Origin: Chiloscyllium plagiosum
Taxonomy: Eukaryota
Length of the DNA: 51,669 bases
Reading direction: 5' to 3'
Assembly: GCF_004010195.1 (NCBI RefSeq)
Contig: NC_057753.1
Coordinates: 10,760,135 to 10,811,803, forward strand
In this document: in pieces, positions 11,690 to 22,708 of the stretch
Layout of the letters: every line of letters begins with the position of its first letter
How positions within the stretch are numbered: the stretch's first letter is position 1
The notes under the pieces: generated by a model
Told to the model about the DNA's origin: nothing
Database searches by the model: none
What the model saw: the letters and a program-made list of their open reading frames with translations, nothing else
Translations under genes and position numbers: made by a program

Positions 11690-12660
11690 GTTAATGAAGG
11701 ACAGCCAAAACAAATTGCTATGGAAAAGTCACGCCCAACTAACTTGATTTCCTTATAATATGATGGGTGTAAATATTCTTTTTTAAATCCTCTTCAGAGA
11801 GGACATTGGTTACACCGCTGTTGGAATACTGCATGCAATTCTGAGCTCTGTGCTATCGGAAAGATGTTGTGAAACTTGAAAGAGTTCAGAAAAGATTTAC
11901 AAGGACAATATCACGGTTGGAGAGTTTGAGCAATAGGGAGAGGCTGAACAAATTGCAGCTATTTTCCCTGGAACTTTGGAGGCTGAGGGGTGACTTTATA
12001 GATGTTTATAAAATCATGAGGGGGATGGGTAGGGTAAATAGGAAAGGCCCTTTCCCAGTGGTGGGGAGTCCAAAACTAGAGTGCATAGGTTTAAGGTTAA
12101 TGGCAAATGGAGTTTAAAATAGATAAGTGTGAACTCCTTCAGTTTGGATAATCAATTAAAGGTAGCAGTTTCACGGTGAGGGGTAGGACCTTAAGGAGTG
12201 TAATAGAATGGAAGGATCTTAGAGTTCAGGTTTACAGTTCACTGAAAATGGAATCTTTGTTGAAATCTTTTGGTACACTGGCCTTCTTCAGTCAGGGCAT
12301 TGAGTAAAGAAGTTGGGAAGTTATGTTGCAGTTATGCAGGAGGTTGGTGAGGCTGCACTTGGAGTATGAAATAGATTCAGCGCTATATTGAAGGCAGAAA
12401 AGAATAACAAAAGTATACTATTAGAGAGCCATAAAATATGTATCTAGATAAGATAGCGAATAAGAGTCAAGATTAGCACCAAATAATGTTATACCTATGA
12501 GCACCAAATCTGTTTTGTATGCACTATTTCAAACCAAGAAATCTCGGGGTGCAGGTTCATAGCTCCTAGAAAGTGGAGTCACGGATAGGCAGGGCCTTGA
12601 AGAAGGCGTTCAGCATGCTTACTTTTATCAGAGCATTGAGTACAGGAGTTAGGTCTCTTG
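11690..12660 (+). mobile_element. Several degraded CR1 fragments
   Basis: ORF 11869-12117 reads KLERVQKRFTRTISRLESLSNRERLNKLQLFSLELWRLRGD. Confidence 0.8.
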
Positions 12661-12764
12661 TTGCAGCTGTCACATATGCCACACAAGGCCTGACCCTGCC
12701 TCCTCTGACTGACTGTCCCTTTGATTATCAGTTGGAAGACACCCCTTTAATTGTGAAGGTCAGG

Positions 12765-13265
12765 AAAGATGCCATCCTTCAACAAAAATGTTCTGTGCTC
12801 AAAGATGTTTGGACAGAGGAAGGAAGTTGCAGTATGGGGTGAAGCTCAACCTACATAGAGAGAGAGAGAGAGAGAGAGAGAGGAGCAGTAGCAGTTTCTG
12901 AAACTCATGGTTCAACTTCAGCATTCAGACAATAGGGGGACTCTGATTGGGAGGACCAGGCTCCCCATCCCTGGACACAGCACCCCATTGACCGGGAGAT
13001 TTATGCGTCACTGTCCAATGTGAGACGGCCAGCCTGGAAATGTGGGAACATCACCACCGACCACCGTGGATCCGAATGGCTACCTAAAACATGCCCTCTG
13101 GGCAAAATCTGGGAGCGAAGCAATGTCTCCCCCCCTTTCCATTCCCATCCTGAGAGGGAGGGCGAATAGGGGGGTGGCGGGGCGGGGGGTGGGGTAGCAC
13201 TGTTCATTTATAGCAACTGGAGGCAGAGAATGTGAATCCAAGCATGGGGCAGACTCTGCAAAGGT
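12765..13265. promoter_or_regulatory. Divergent pair of ZNF promoter/first-exon modules; the plus-strand module is the probable first exon of ZNF pseudogene 2
   Basis: 13095-13263 is the reverse complement of 23570-23710 and ends in the donor AAG|GTCAGT at 13264. 12790-12900 matches 31020-31115 and 41165-41250 directly and includes a (GA)n tract. Confidence 0.55.
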
Positions 13266-13284
13266 CAGTTTCAGTAGGTGACTT

Positions 13285-13720
13285 CTGGAATATTGTGCGC
13301 ATCTCTGGTGTCCTTCTACAGGAAGAATGTTGTGAAACTTGAAAGGACTCAGAAAAGATTCACTTAGATGTTAGAACCACAGGGAGAGGCAGAATAGACT
13401 GGGGCTGTTTTCTCTGAGGCGCATGGCTAGGGTAAATAGACAAAGACTTTTCCCTGGGGTGGGGGATTCCAGAACTAAGGGCATAGGTTTAGAGTGAGAG
13501 GGGAAAAATCTAAAAGGGACCTTGCAGTCAACCTTTTCACAGGGAAAGTGGTGGAGGCTGGTACAATTTAAAAGGCATCTGGCTGTGTTTATGAATAGGA
13601 AGGGTTTATAGGGATATGGGCCAAGTGCTGGCAAATGGGACTAGATTAATTATGGACATCTGGTCAGCATGCACAAGTTGGACTGAAGAGTCTCTTTCCG
13701 TGTTGTACAACTCTATGACT
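13285..13720 (+). mobile_element. CR1/HER1 LINE 3' end
   Basis: gttgtgaaacttgaaagg...atttaaaaggcatctgg...gggatatgggccaagtgctggcaaatgggactag. Confidence 0.8.
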
Positions 13721-14159
13721 GGCAAAAAAGCATTGCGTTAATCGCATCATTTATGCAACAGAAAATTTTGACAGGGTAAAGATTTGCCTCTTGTCATTGA
13801 TCATGAATCATAGTGTAGTATTGGATGTATTTCCAGTAATAGTCAGTGTGACACTGAAGGTGTCCAAAAAGGCGGCTTCCTTTACAAAGTTCACACTTGA
13901 AAGTTAGATTCCCAGAAGACTCAAATTTAAGAGAACCGTGCGTTAATATAAGACAGAGATAAGTCTGGGTTATATGTTACATATTTGATGGAATGTTTGT
14001 AGTTCTATAAACCTGATTTGCAGTTATATTGCACCGCAGCATATTGTAGATCTTCAGTAAGGTCGTCAATATCGTGTGATAGATGTCCGTTCAGCAACTG
14101 AAGTCCTTGTGAAATCTTCATGGAGCATGCAGTCCACCCTATTACCCTGCTGGTTTACA

Positions 14160-14400
14160 GTTCCCGCCTCAGGCGACTGACTGTGTGGAGTTTGCACATT
14201 CTCCCCGTGTCTGCGTGGGTTTCCTCCGGGTGCTCCGGTTTTCTCCCATAGTCACAAAGATGTGCAGGTTAGGTGAATTGGCCATGCTAAATTGCCCATA
14301 GTGTTAGGTTAGGGGTATGGGTGGGTTGCGCTTCGGCGGGTCGGTGTTGACTTGTTGGGCCGAAGGGCCTGTTTCCACACTGTAAGTAATCTAGATCTAC
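14160..14400 (+). mobile_element. HE1 SINE, 5'-truncated
   Basis: V-SINE core gtgtggagtttgcacattctccccgtgtctgcgtgggtttcctccgggtgctccggttt and tail gggccgaagggcctgtttccacactgtaa. Confidence 0.9.
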
Positions 14401-14514
14401 ACAAAGATCTTGGGGATTAAGAGGGGAAAGAATGTTCCACAGAAACTAGAATTGTGTGTTTGGATTTTCTGTCATAGGCTGACAGTGATGACCTTTTTAA
14501 TCTCTTTTCAACAG

Positions 14515-15320
14515 GAATATTACAAGAGATGAAGTTGGAGTCAGAAATCTCAGACTTAACGTCATGTCAAAGTCTGGCAGTCATTTCACTCACCACAGAC
14601 GTGGATATTGATGGCCTTGAACCGAGGAGAAGCTTTGTCTGCTTCATTAGGTTTTAAACTTCAGTGTGACTGGAAAAATCACAGAATCCCACACACCAGA
14701 GTTCAGGCTTTACAGACTGAATGAGTGTGTTCCAATTATCAGAGGGTTCACCAATAACACCATAAACATGCTGTAAGCATGAGCCAGTTTTCAACTGATC
14801 GTTGAACCCAGAGAGACGTGAACACTCGCACCATGAAGAAACTGTGGAAATGCGGGAACGGTTTCCCATCTGCGCTGGAGATTCATCGGCGTTTGCACAA
14901 CGGGCAGCGGCCGTTCACGAGCACTCATTCGGGAAAGGCTTCATTCAGTCACATCACCACCTATACCAGCAGCAGGTTCACACTGGGGAGAAACCGTTCA
15001 TCTGCCTCGTGTGTGGGCAGGGCTTCACTCAGTCACAGCACCTGCTGTTGCACCAGCGGATCCACACTGGGGAGAAGCCGTTCTCCTGCTCTGTCTGTGG
15101 GAAGGGCTTCACTTGGTTGTACCACCTGCTGCTCCACCTTCGTGTCCACGCTAGGGAGAAGCCATTCACCTGCTCAGTGTGTGGCAACGGCTTCTGCAAT
15201 TCCTCCACCCTCTGCAAACACCAGCGCATCCACACCAAGGAGCAGCTATTCACCTGCTGCGTGCGGAAAGGGCTTTACCCCGTTGTGCAACTTGTGGAGA
15301 CACCAGCAACTTCACAAGAT
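14515..15320 (+). pseudogene. C2H2 zinc-finger pseudogene (3 intact fingers flanked by frameshifted ones)
   Basis: Acceptor tctcttttcaacag at 14514. MKKLWKC...EIHRRLH is in one frame, HTGEKPFICLVCGQGF...HQRIH in another, and the last finger CGKGFTPLCNLWRHQQLH returns to the first frame. Confidence 0.85.
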
Positions 15321-15543
15321 GGTGCAGGGGGAGTTACTGCTGTTACTGCCGCTGAGAGTCACACCTTGAACCCTGTTTTATGGATGAAGTGGGAGGGTCA
15401 GGTGGGATCCTTTTCTGCCAGCTTGGCCGCTCTCTCACCCACTTTATTTCTCGAGGGAGCCGGGACTGCACCTTCCGTATGGAAACGTTCCGCAAAAGCA
15501 GATGAAAGACATTTTTTATCTTGGATAGACCATAATATTTGTC

Positions 15544-15780
15544 TATCACCCTCACCTTGACCTCTTTCCACCTAATCACATTTCCGACGCCCCTCCCCCA
15601 AGTCCCTCCTCCCTGCCTTTTATCTTAGCCTGCTGGACAAACGTTCCTCATTCCCGAAGAAGGGCTAATGCCCGAAATGTCGATTCTCCTGTTCCCTAGA
15701 TGCTGCCTGACCTGCTGCGCTTTTCCAGCAACACATTTCCATCTCTGATCTCCAGCATCTGCAGACCTCACTTTCTCCTC
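15544..15780 (+). mobile_element. Penelope pseudo-LTR-derived insertion (family A) with a 13-bp target-site duplication
   Basis: cataatatttgtc occurs at 15531-15543 and 15781-15793. Internal hammerhead-like motif attc-ccgaaga-agggctaatgccc-gaaat-gtc-gatt. Confidence 0.85.
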
Positions 15781-15839
15781 CATAATATTTGTCCAACCAC
15801 TGCAGATAGATCTGAAATAGGTACATTTGTCTCTGTCCC

Positions 15840-17211
15840 ATTCAGTCTCCAGCACAAGACCAGGCTGGTTGGTTCACACTGTCACCATCCCCATCCCCAC
15901 CCCCTCCCCCAGAACCCGGAGGGGATCATCACCCCTGCTAAGGACTCCACTCCCAATTCCCCCTACCAACACTCCCACTCCAGTGACAGGCTCTGCCCCC
16001 ACTCCCAGCTCCACACCTATACCAGGTCCGAGCTCCCAGCCCTGCCGAGTTTTCACCATCACCCCCCAAAACCTCACCCTCACCTGAGGACAAATGATCA
16101 GTCCTCAACAAAGGCCTTACCTTCATCCCCCTCTGTCCACGCATCAACAAATTCAATACGTGTCGTGACATCGAACACTTCTTCCACCTCTGGGCTTACC
16201 TTTTCAATCAGGACTCCTGCCCACCTGCCAAGGATCCCTTCACCTGGCTCCATCACACTCCATCCACCTGGACACCCCATGCTGGCCTATTACCCACTCT
16301 CGATCCCTTCATTTCCAACTGCTGCTGAGACATTAACCGCCTAAATCTGTCTACCCACCCTTCCCCACTCCAACCTCTCACCCTCACAATGTGCAGCCCT
16401 CCACTCCATCTGTTCTAATCTCACCATCAGACCAGCAGGGGGTGCAGTGGTATTTTGGCGCACTGACCTCTACACCACAAAGTGCCAACTCGAAGACACC
16501 ACCTTCTACTGCCCCCTCGACCATGACCTCACCTCCTATGACCAAACCATCATCTCCAAAACCATACACAACCTCATCACCTCAGGAGATCTCCCACCCA
16601 TAGCTTCCAACCTCATAGTTCAGGAACCCCACACCGCCTGATTCTACCTCCTTCCCAAGATCCACAAGCCTGACCACCCTGGCCAACCCATTGCTCCTGC
16701 CCTACTGAATTCCAGTCGAACTGGTCCTCACCCTGAACAACTTTTCTTTCCAATCCTCCCACTTTCTCCAAACAAAAGGAGTAGCCATGGGCACCCGCAT
16801 GGGCCCCAGCTATGCCTGCCTCTTCGTAGGGTATGTGGAACAATCCATCTTCCGCAACTATACTGGTTCCACCCCCCATCTTTTCCTTCGCTACATTGAT
16901 GACTGTATCGGCGCTACCTCGTGCTCCCACGAGGAGGTTGAACAGTTCATCCACTACACTAACACCTTCCACCCCGACCTCAAATTCACCTGGACAGTCT
17001 CGGACTCCTCCCTCCCCTTCCTAGACCTTTCTGTTTCTATCTCAGGCAACCGAATCAACACGGACATCTACTACAAACCAACCGACTCCCACAGCTACCT
17101 AGACTACACCTCCTCCCACCCTGCCCCCTGTAAAAACGCCATCCCATTCTCCCAATTCCTTCGTCTCCGCCGCATCTGCTCCCAGGAGGACCAGTTCAAA
17201 ATACATACAAC
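15840..17211 (+). mobile_element. Penelope-like element reverse transcriptase (older copy 15840-16712, younger nested copy from 16713)
   Basis: FYLLPKIHKPD-like motif; GVAMGTRMGPSYACLFVG, FLRYIDD, LPFLDL, YYKPTDSHSYLDYTSSHP and IPFSQFLRLRRICS are PLE RT signatures. Confidence 0.92.
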
Positions 17212-17590
17212 NNNNNNNNNNNNNNNNNNNNNNNNNNNNNNNNNNNNNNNNNNNNNNNNNNNNNNNNNNNNNNNNNNNNNNNNNNNNNNNNNNNNNNNNN
17301 NNNNNNNNNNNNNNNNNNNNNNNNNNNNNNNNNNNNNNNNNNNNNNNNNNNNNNNNNNNNNNNNNNNNNNNNNNNNNNNNNNNNNNNNNNNNNNNNNNNN
17401 NNNNNNNNNNNNNNNNNNNNNNNNNNNNNNNNNNNNNNNNNNNNNNNNNNNNNNNNNNNNNNNNNNNNNNNNNNNNNNNNNNNNNNNNNNNNNNNNNNNN
17501 NNNNNNNNNNNNNNNNNNNNNNNNNNNNNNNNNNNNNNNNNNNNNNNNNNNNNNNNNNNNNNNNNNNNNNNNNNNNNNNNNNNNNNNNNN
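17212..17590. other. Assembly gap (N run)
   Basis: Run of n. Confidence 1.
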
Positions 17591-17691
17591 GCCAACAATG
17601 TTGGCATCACGAACCTGTTAGCTGTAGTAACTGGTTGAAACTTTATTGCTGGAACTGCACAGCAGGTCAGGCAGCATCTAGGGAACAGAAG

Positions 17692-17727
17692 ATTCGACGT
17701 TTCGGGCACATGCCCTTCTTCAGGAAT
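17692..17727 (-). ncRNA. Minimal type I hammerhead ribozyme motif
   Basis: Minus strand AUUC-CUGAAGA-A-GGGC(AUGU)GCCC-GAAAC-GUC-GAAU: full catalytic core, stem I AUUC/GAAU, stem II and palindromic ACGU in place of stem III. Confidence 0.8.
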
Positions 17728-17994
17728 GAGCAGAGAGTGTTCAGCAGGAGAAGATAAAAGGTAGGGAGGAGGGACTTGGAGGAGGGGAGTTGGAAGTGGA
17801 GGAGATGCGGTGGAGGGCACCGTCGACCACGTCGCCTTCCTGACCTGCAGTCTTCTTGTTGACCTCTCCGCCTCCATCCTACTCCGACCTATCACCCTCA
17901 CCTTGACCTCTTTCCACCTATCACATTTCCAACGCCCCTCCTCCAAGTCCCTCCTCCCTACCTTTTATCTTCTCCTGCTGAACACTCTCTGCTC

Positions 17995-18030
17995 ATTCCT
18001 GAAGAAGGGCCTGTGCCCGAAACGTCGAAT
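17995..18030 (+). ncRNA. Minimal type I hammerhead ribozyme motif
   Basis: AUUC-CUGAAGA-A-GGGC(CUGU)GCCC-GAAAC-GUC-GAAU; predicted cleavage after C18026. Confidence 0.8.
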
Positions 18031-18088
18031 CTCCTGTTCCCTGGATGCTGCCTGACCTGCTGTGCTGTTCCAGCAATAAAGTTTCAAC

Positions 18089-18467
18089 ACTGAATTCATC
18101 TCCACCTATCTCGATACTGTCCTCTCCTTCCGAGTCCAGGAACTCCCCACATACGTTCGAGACACAACCCACACCCTCCACCTCCTCCAAGACATCCATT
18201 TCTCCAGACCCCAGTGCCTCATCTTCACCATGGTCATCCAATCCCTCTACACCTCCATCCACTATGACCAGGGCCTCCAAGCCCTCCATTTTTTCCTCTC
18301 CTGACATCTTCACCAGTCCCCTTCCACTGACACACTCATTAGTTTGGCTGAACTGGTCCTCACCCTTCTCCTTAGAATCCTCCCACTTCCTCCAAACAAT
18401 AGGGGTAGCCTTGGGCTCCAGCTATGCCTGTGTCTTTGTTGCCTGTGTAGAACAATCCATCTTCTGT
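18089..18467 (+). mobile_element. Continuation of the older Penelope RT
   Basis: TEFISTYLDTVLS..., IFTM.IQSLYTSI and SHFLQTIGVALGSSYACVFV. Confidence 0.85.
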
Positions 18468-18967
18468 NNNNNNNNNNNNNNNNNNNNNNNNNNNNNNNNN
18501 NNNNNNNNNNNNNNNNNNNNNNNNNNNNNNNNNNNNNNNNNNNNNNNNNNNNNNNNNNNNNNNNNNNNNNNNNNNNNNNNNNNNNNNNNNNNNNNNNNNN
18601 NNNNNNNNNNNNNNNNNNNNNNNNNNNNNNNNNNNNNNNNNNNNNNNNNNNNNNNNNNNNNNNNNNNNNNNNNNNNNNNNNNNNNNNNNNNNNNNNNNNN
18701 NNNNNNNNNNNNNNNNNNNNNNNNNNNNNNNNNNNNNNNNNNNNNNNNNNNNNNNNNNNNNNNNNNNNNNNNNNNNNNNNNNNNNNNNNNNNNNNNNNNN
18801 NNNNNNNNNNNNNNNNNNNNNNNNNNNNNNNNNNNNNNNNNNNNNNNNNNNNNNNNNNNNNNNNNNNNNNNNNNNNNNNNNNNNNNNNNNNNNNNNNNNN
18901 NNNNNNNNNNNNNNNNNNNNNNNNNNNNNNNNNNNNNNNNNNNNNNNNNNNNNNNNNNNNNNNNNNN
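18468..18967. other. Assembly gap (N run)
   Basis: Run of 500 n. Confidence 1.
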
Positions 18968-19004
18968 AAAAAATTGTAAAATTCCCCTCAAGAAACGCCC
19001 TCTA

Positions 19005-19640
19005 AGGATGTTGTGCAACTTGAAAGGCTTCAGAAACGATTTGTCACAATGTTGCTAGGATTGAGCTATCAGGAGAGGCTTGAATAGGCTGGGGCTGTTT
19101 GCCCTGGAACACCAGAGGCTGAGGATTGACCTTATGGGGGTTTATAATATCATAAAAGGCAAGGGTAAATAGATAAGGTCGATAAGGGGTGGGGGACTCC
19201 AGAATGAGAGGGCATCAGTTTCAGATGAGAGGGGAAAGATTTAAAAAGAGAGAGGGGTCAGTGTCCTACAAACTGTAACCCACTCCTCCCACAGCAATCA
19301 TTTTTCAATATACACGTGGCTAAGGCAGTAGAATCATATAATCCCTGGAGGCCATTCACCCCATCGAATTCACACCAACCTTCCAAATAGCATCCAACCC
19401 AAACCCTACCCTACAGGCCTGCAGTTCCCCATGGCTAACCCACCGTAAGCTACACATTTCTAAACACTTAAGCACAGCCGATCCATCCTAAACTGCAGAC
19501 CTTTGGATTGTGGGAGGAAACCAGAGCACCCAGAGGTAACCCACGAGACACAAGGAAGAGAACATGCCAAAGACGTCACTCAAGGGCGAAATCGAATCCA
19601 GGTCCCTGGCACGGAGGCAGCTCCTCCCACTGCAGCCCTC
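19005..19640. mobile_element. CR1 fragment (+, about 19005-19250) and degraded HE1-like SINE (-, about 19330-19640)
   Basis: gagaggcttgaataggctggggctgttt; ttggattgtgggaggaaaccagagcacccagagg. Confidence 0.7.
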
Positions 19641-19924
19641 TCTCAGATCCCCTTTACCTTCACATTCACACCCTACTGTCCACTGACACAATCAGAACAC
19701 TCTGTCAGGAGGGGAATGACCATCTCCCAGAATAGAGTGTCCGGTTAACTTTCCCCCTTTCCCACACAATGTGTCTGCAGCCTGGTTTCCAGATTCATTT
19801 CTCTAAGCCGCAGGTCCTCCAGCATGTGTTTCCCATTGATGACAGAATCCAGAGTCTCCCACTTTCAGCAAATTGAAAGACAATCCCACCCTACACACTC
19901 CAATGTGTGTTGTGTCACGGTTTA

Positions 19925-20720
19925 ATCGTTTCTCGTAGCTGAGCAGACGCTTCATAGCCAAGATCGAAACCCACGAGGATGGCCTCAACTAGGACCCCAC
20001 TGTACTGTGTGTGTTTTTTTTTTCCTCACTCTCTCACTCTCTCACACACACACTTGTGCATATTTGGCAAACACTTTACCAAATATGCACACAGGCAAAC
20101 ACACTCTCATTCATGCACACACAATATATACAAGTGTATGGGGTGAATTTGCATTTGCAAAATATTTGCAGACACATTCGATTTTGCTCAAAAAAAATGC
20201 ACAATCTGCAGGCAGTCATAATATCATAGTGATACATAGCACGGAAACAGACCCTTTGGCGCAATTTGTCCATGCCAATCCATCTAACATTTTATAAATT
20301 CCAACTTTGGAAATAGAACCAGTCTGACTCAAAATTGGAATACATTCAGACTCTAACCTCACACCTTTCATGCATTGTCTGAGCTGAGAAGTCACTGGTT
20401 TTTATAAAATGTTAAATTATCTCAAACATGTGACCTAAAAATAGTACTGGGTTTACATATTAATGAACCAAAACCTGCAAACCACTCTAAAAGATGAAAG
20501 ATTTAACAGCAATCTATTTGCTCAATATATCATTTCTGTTACATGACACTGATCTTTTGCTACAAATTCTGTATCTTATGATCCTGCTCCACAGCTACCC
20601 GATGAAGGAGCAGCGCGCGGAAGGCTAGTGCTTACAAATAAACGTGTTGGACGATAACCTGGTGGTGAGAGATTTTTAAACTTTGTCCACCCAAGTCCAA
20701 CACCAGCTCCTCCACATCAT
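19925..20720 (+). mobile_element. 3' end and pseudo-LTR of a second Penelope family (B) with a decayed hammerhead at about 20595-20632
   Basis: atagccaag...acccacgaggatggcctcaac (THEDGLN, resembling a PLE endonuclease C-terminus) and ccgatga-aggagcagcgcgc-ggaag-cta-gtg. A paralogous copy lies at about 41760-42180. Confidence 0.6.
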
Positions 20721-21081
20721 TTCTAGTGAACACAGCCCACAGGTGTTGCCAGTAAACTTTACAATGCTGATGAAACGATGGAGTACCTGCACTCCTGAAA
20801 AATTTAAAATTTCTAACGATACTAGCTACTCTTTCACTGCTCCTTCTGAAACTACATTGGAAACTTTGCGCTGGAGGCTGAAAGAAATTAGCAGCTTTAA
20901 AAGAAAAACCTGTTGGATCCCTCAGCTTTCAATGAGAGTCTGAGTCAGCTCAGGTAACCTTTTTGCGACCCAACTTTTGTTACAGTTCTCCCCAGCAAAA
21001 AGGCAGACAAAAAGTAGCTTTTTCTTAAAACAGCTCAAGCTCAAAGCACATACACTCCCCCCCCCCCCACCACCACCACCC

Positions 21082-21313
21082 AGCTGGGAATTTGTGTTGC
21101 AGACGTTTCGTTCCCTGTCTAGGTGACATCCTCAGTGCTTGGGATGCATTTATAGTGGAGAAAACATCACAGAAGCGCTTCACAGGAGGCTCCCAAGCAC
21201 TGGGGGATGTCACCTAGACAGGGGACGAAACATCTGCAACACAAATTCCCAGCTCGGCGAACATAACCACAACAACGAGCACCCGAGCTATTAATCTTCT
21301 CACAAACTTTGAA
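21082..21313. mobile_element. Third Penelope-type short element (C) with inverted arms and hammerhead motifs
   Basis: Arms at 21082-21144 and 21191-21254. The minus strand reads GCA-CUGAGGA-U-GUCACCUAGACAGGGAAC-GAAAC-GUC-UGC. Confidence 0.75.
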
Positions 21314-21766
21314 CCCCCACCCACTTTAGTATTGGTCAGGACTGAGCTGTCCCTATGTAACTGGATCCTTGGTACCTTAACCTGTACGGAGAATTGCCTC
21401 ACTCAGCAATATCAACGCACACACCTGTATCCAAGTAAGTTTCTCCCCACTATTTGCCAGGGCAGGGGGTGGGAGATGTGTGCAGTCAAGAGTCAACCAC
21501 ACATCTGTGGGTCTGAAGTCACGTGTAAAGGATGCATCTGGGACAACCGAGTGAATCCTTTCCCGCAACAGCAGTTTCCTTCCCTAAAAAGTACAAGTGA
21601 ATCAGATGGGGCTTTTTCCTCCTGAAAATGGCTTCATCATTAGATTCTGAGCTCCAGATTTCAGACCGAATTCCAATTCCACCATCGGCCGTGGCAAGAT
21701 GCGAACCCAGGATCCCCAGAACAGGGTTGATAGTCCAGTCAATAATGACACTGGGCCATTGCTCCT

Positions 21767-22708
21767 TCAATCCTCCTGCGATGGCACATGAACTCGCTGG
21801 TGCCTCCGCAGGTGGGAGGAGCGGGTGAATCCCTTCCTGCACTGAGAGCAGGTGAACGGCCTCTCCCCAGTGTGTACTCGCTGGTGGGTCTGCAGGCCAG
21901 AAGAATCGATGAATCCCTTCCCACACTGAGAGCAGGTGAATGGCCTCTCCCCAGTGTGGACCCGCTGGTGGGTCAGCAGGGTGGAAGACTTGATGAATCC
22001 CTTCCCACACTGAGAGCAGGTGAAGGGTCGCTCCCCCGTGTGGACCCGCTGGTGGGTCAGCAAGGTGGAAGAATTGATGAATCCCTTCCCACACTGAGAA
22101 CAGGTAAATGGCCTCTCTCCGGTGTGGACCCGTTGGTGGGTCAGGAGTGCAGCTGACTGAGCGAACCCCTTCCCACAAATTGAGCAGGTGAACAGCTTCT
22201 CTCCTGTGTGGACCCGCTGGTGCGTCTGCAGGTTGCCCATCTGACTAAATCCCTGCCCACATACTGAGCATGTGAACGGCTTCTCACCAGTGTGGATCCG
22301 CTGGTGAGTCAGCAGTGTAGATGACTGAGTGAATCCCTTCCCGCACACAGGGCAGGTGAATGGCCTCTCCCCGGTGTGTACCCGCTTATGGGTCAGCAGT
22401 CTGGATGACTGAGCAAACCCCTTCCCGCACATGGGGCACGTGAATGGCTTCTCTCCAGTATGGACCCGCTGATGCGTCTGCAGGTTGCCCATCTGACTGA
22501 ATCCTTTCCCACATGTGGAGCAAGTGAATGGTCTCTCCCCGGTGTGTATGCGCTGGTGTCTCACGAGGTGGGACGCTTCAGTGAATCTGTGCCCACACTG
22601 AGAGCAGGTGAACGGCCTCTCCCCGGTGTGAACACGCCTGTGGTTTTCCAACGCCGATGGGGAAGAGAATCCCTTCCCACAGTCCCCACATTTCCACGGT
22701 TTCCCCAT
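21767..22708 (-). CDS. C2H2 zinc-finger protein, 11 tandem fingers, 313 aa, no effector domain visible
   Basis: Uninterrupted ORF from ATG 22708 ([14 protein letters not shown]) to TGA 21767, with all Cys/His ligands and TGE(R/K)P-type linkers intact. The ORF-track start at 22834 is GTG. Upstream acceptor ttttttttgcag is at 23014. Confidence 0.92.
   Translation of the reverse strand: MGKPWKCGDCGKGFSSPSALENHRRVHTGERPFTCSQCGHRFTEASHLVRHQRIHTGERPFTCSTCGKGFSQMGNLQTHQRVHTGEKPFTCPMCGKGFAQSSRLLTHKRVHTGERPFTCPVCGKGFTQSSTLLTHQRIHTGEKPFTCSVCGQGFSQMGNLQTHQRVHTGEKLFTCSICGKGFAQSAALLTHQRVHTGERPFTCSQCGKGFINSSTLLTHQRVHTGERPFTCSQCGKGFIKSSTLLTHQRVHTGERPFTCSQCGKGFIDSSGLQTHQRVHTGERPFTCSQCRKGFTRSSHLRRHQRVHVPSQED

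Larger units (their letters stand above)
17634..18088. repeat. Inverted Penelope pseudo-LTR pair (arms about 17634-17797 and 17925-18088)
   Basis: The arms are near-perfect reverse complements, from gttgaaactttattgctgg... to ...ccagcaataaagtttcaac. Confidence 0.9.

Noticed and set aside
15700..16344. 214-aa Pro/His/Ser-rich ORF
   Set aside because: Off-frame reading of C-rich degraded Penelope sequence.
17104..19058. Long ORFs of 198-337 aa
   Set aside because: They are inflated by N gaps translated as X.
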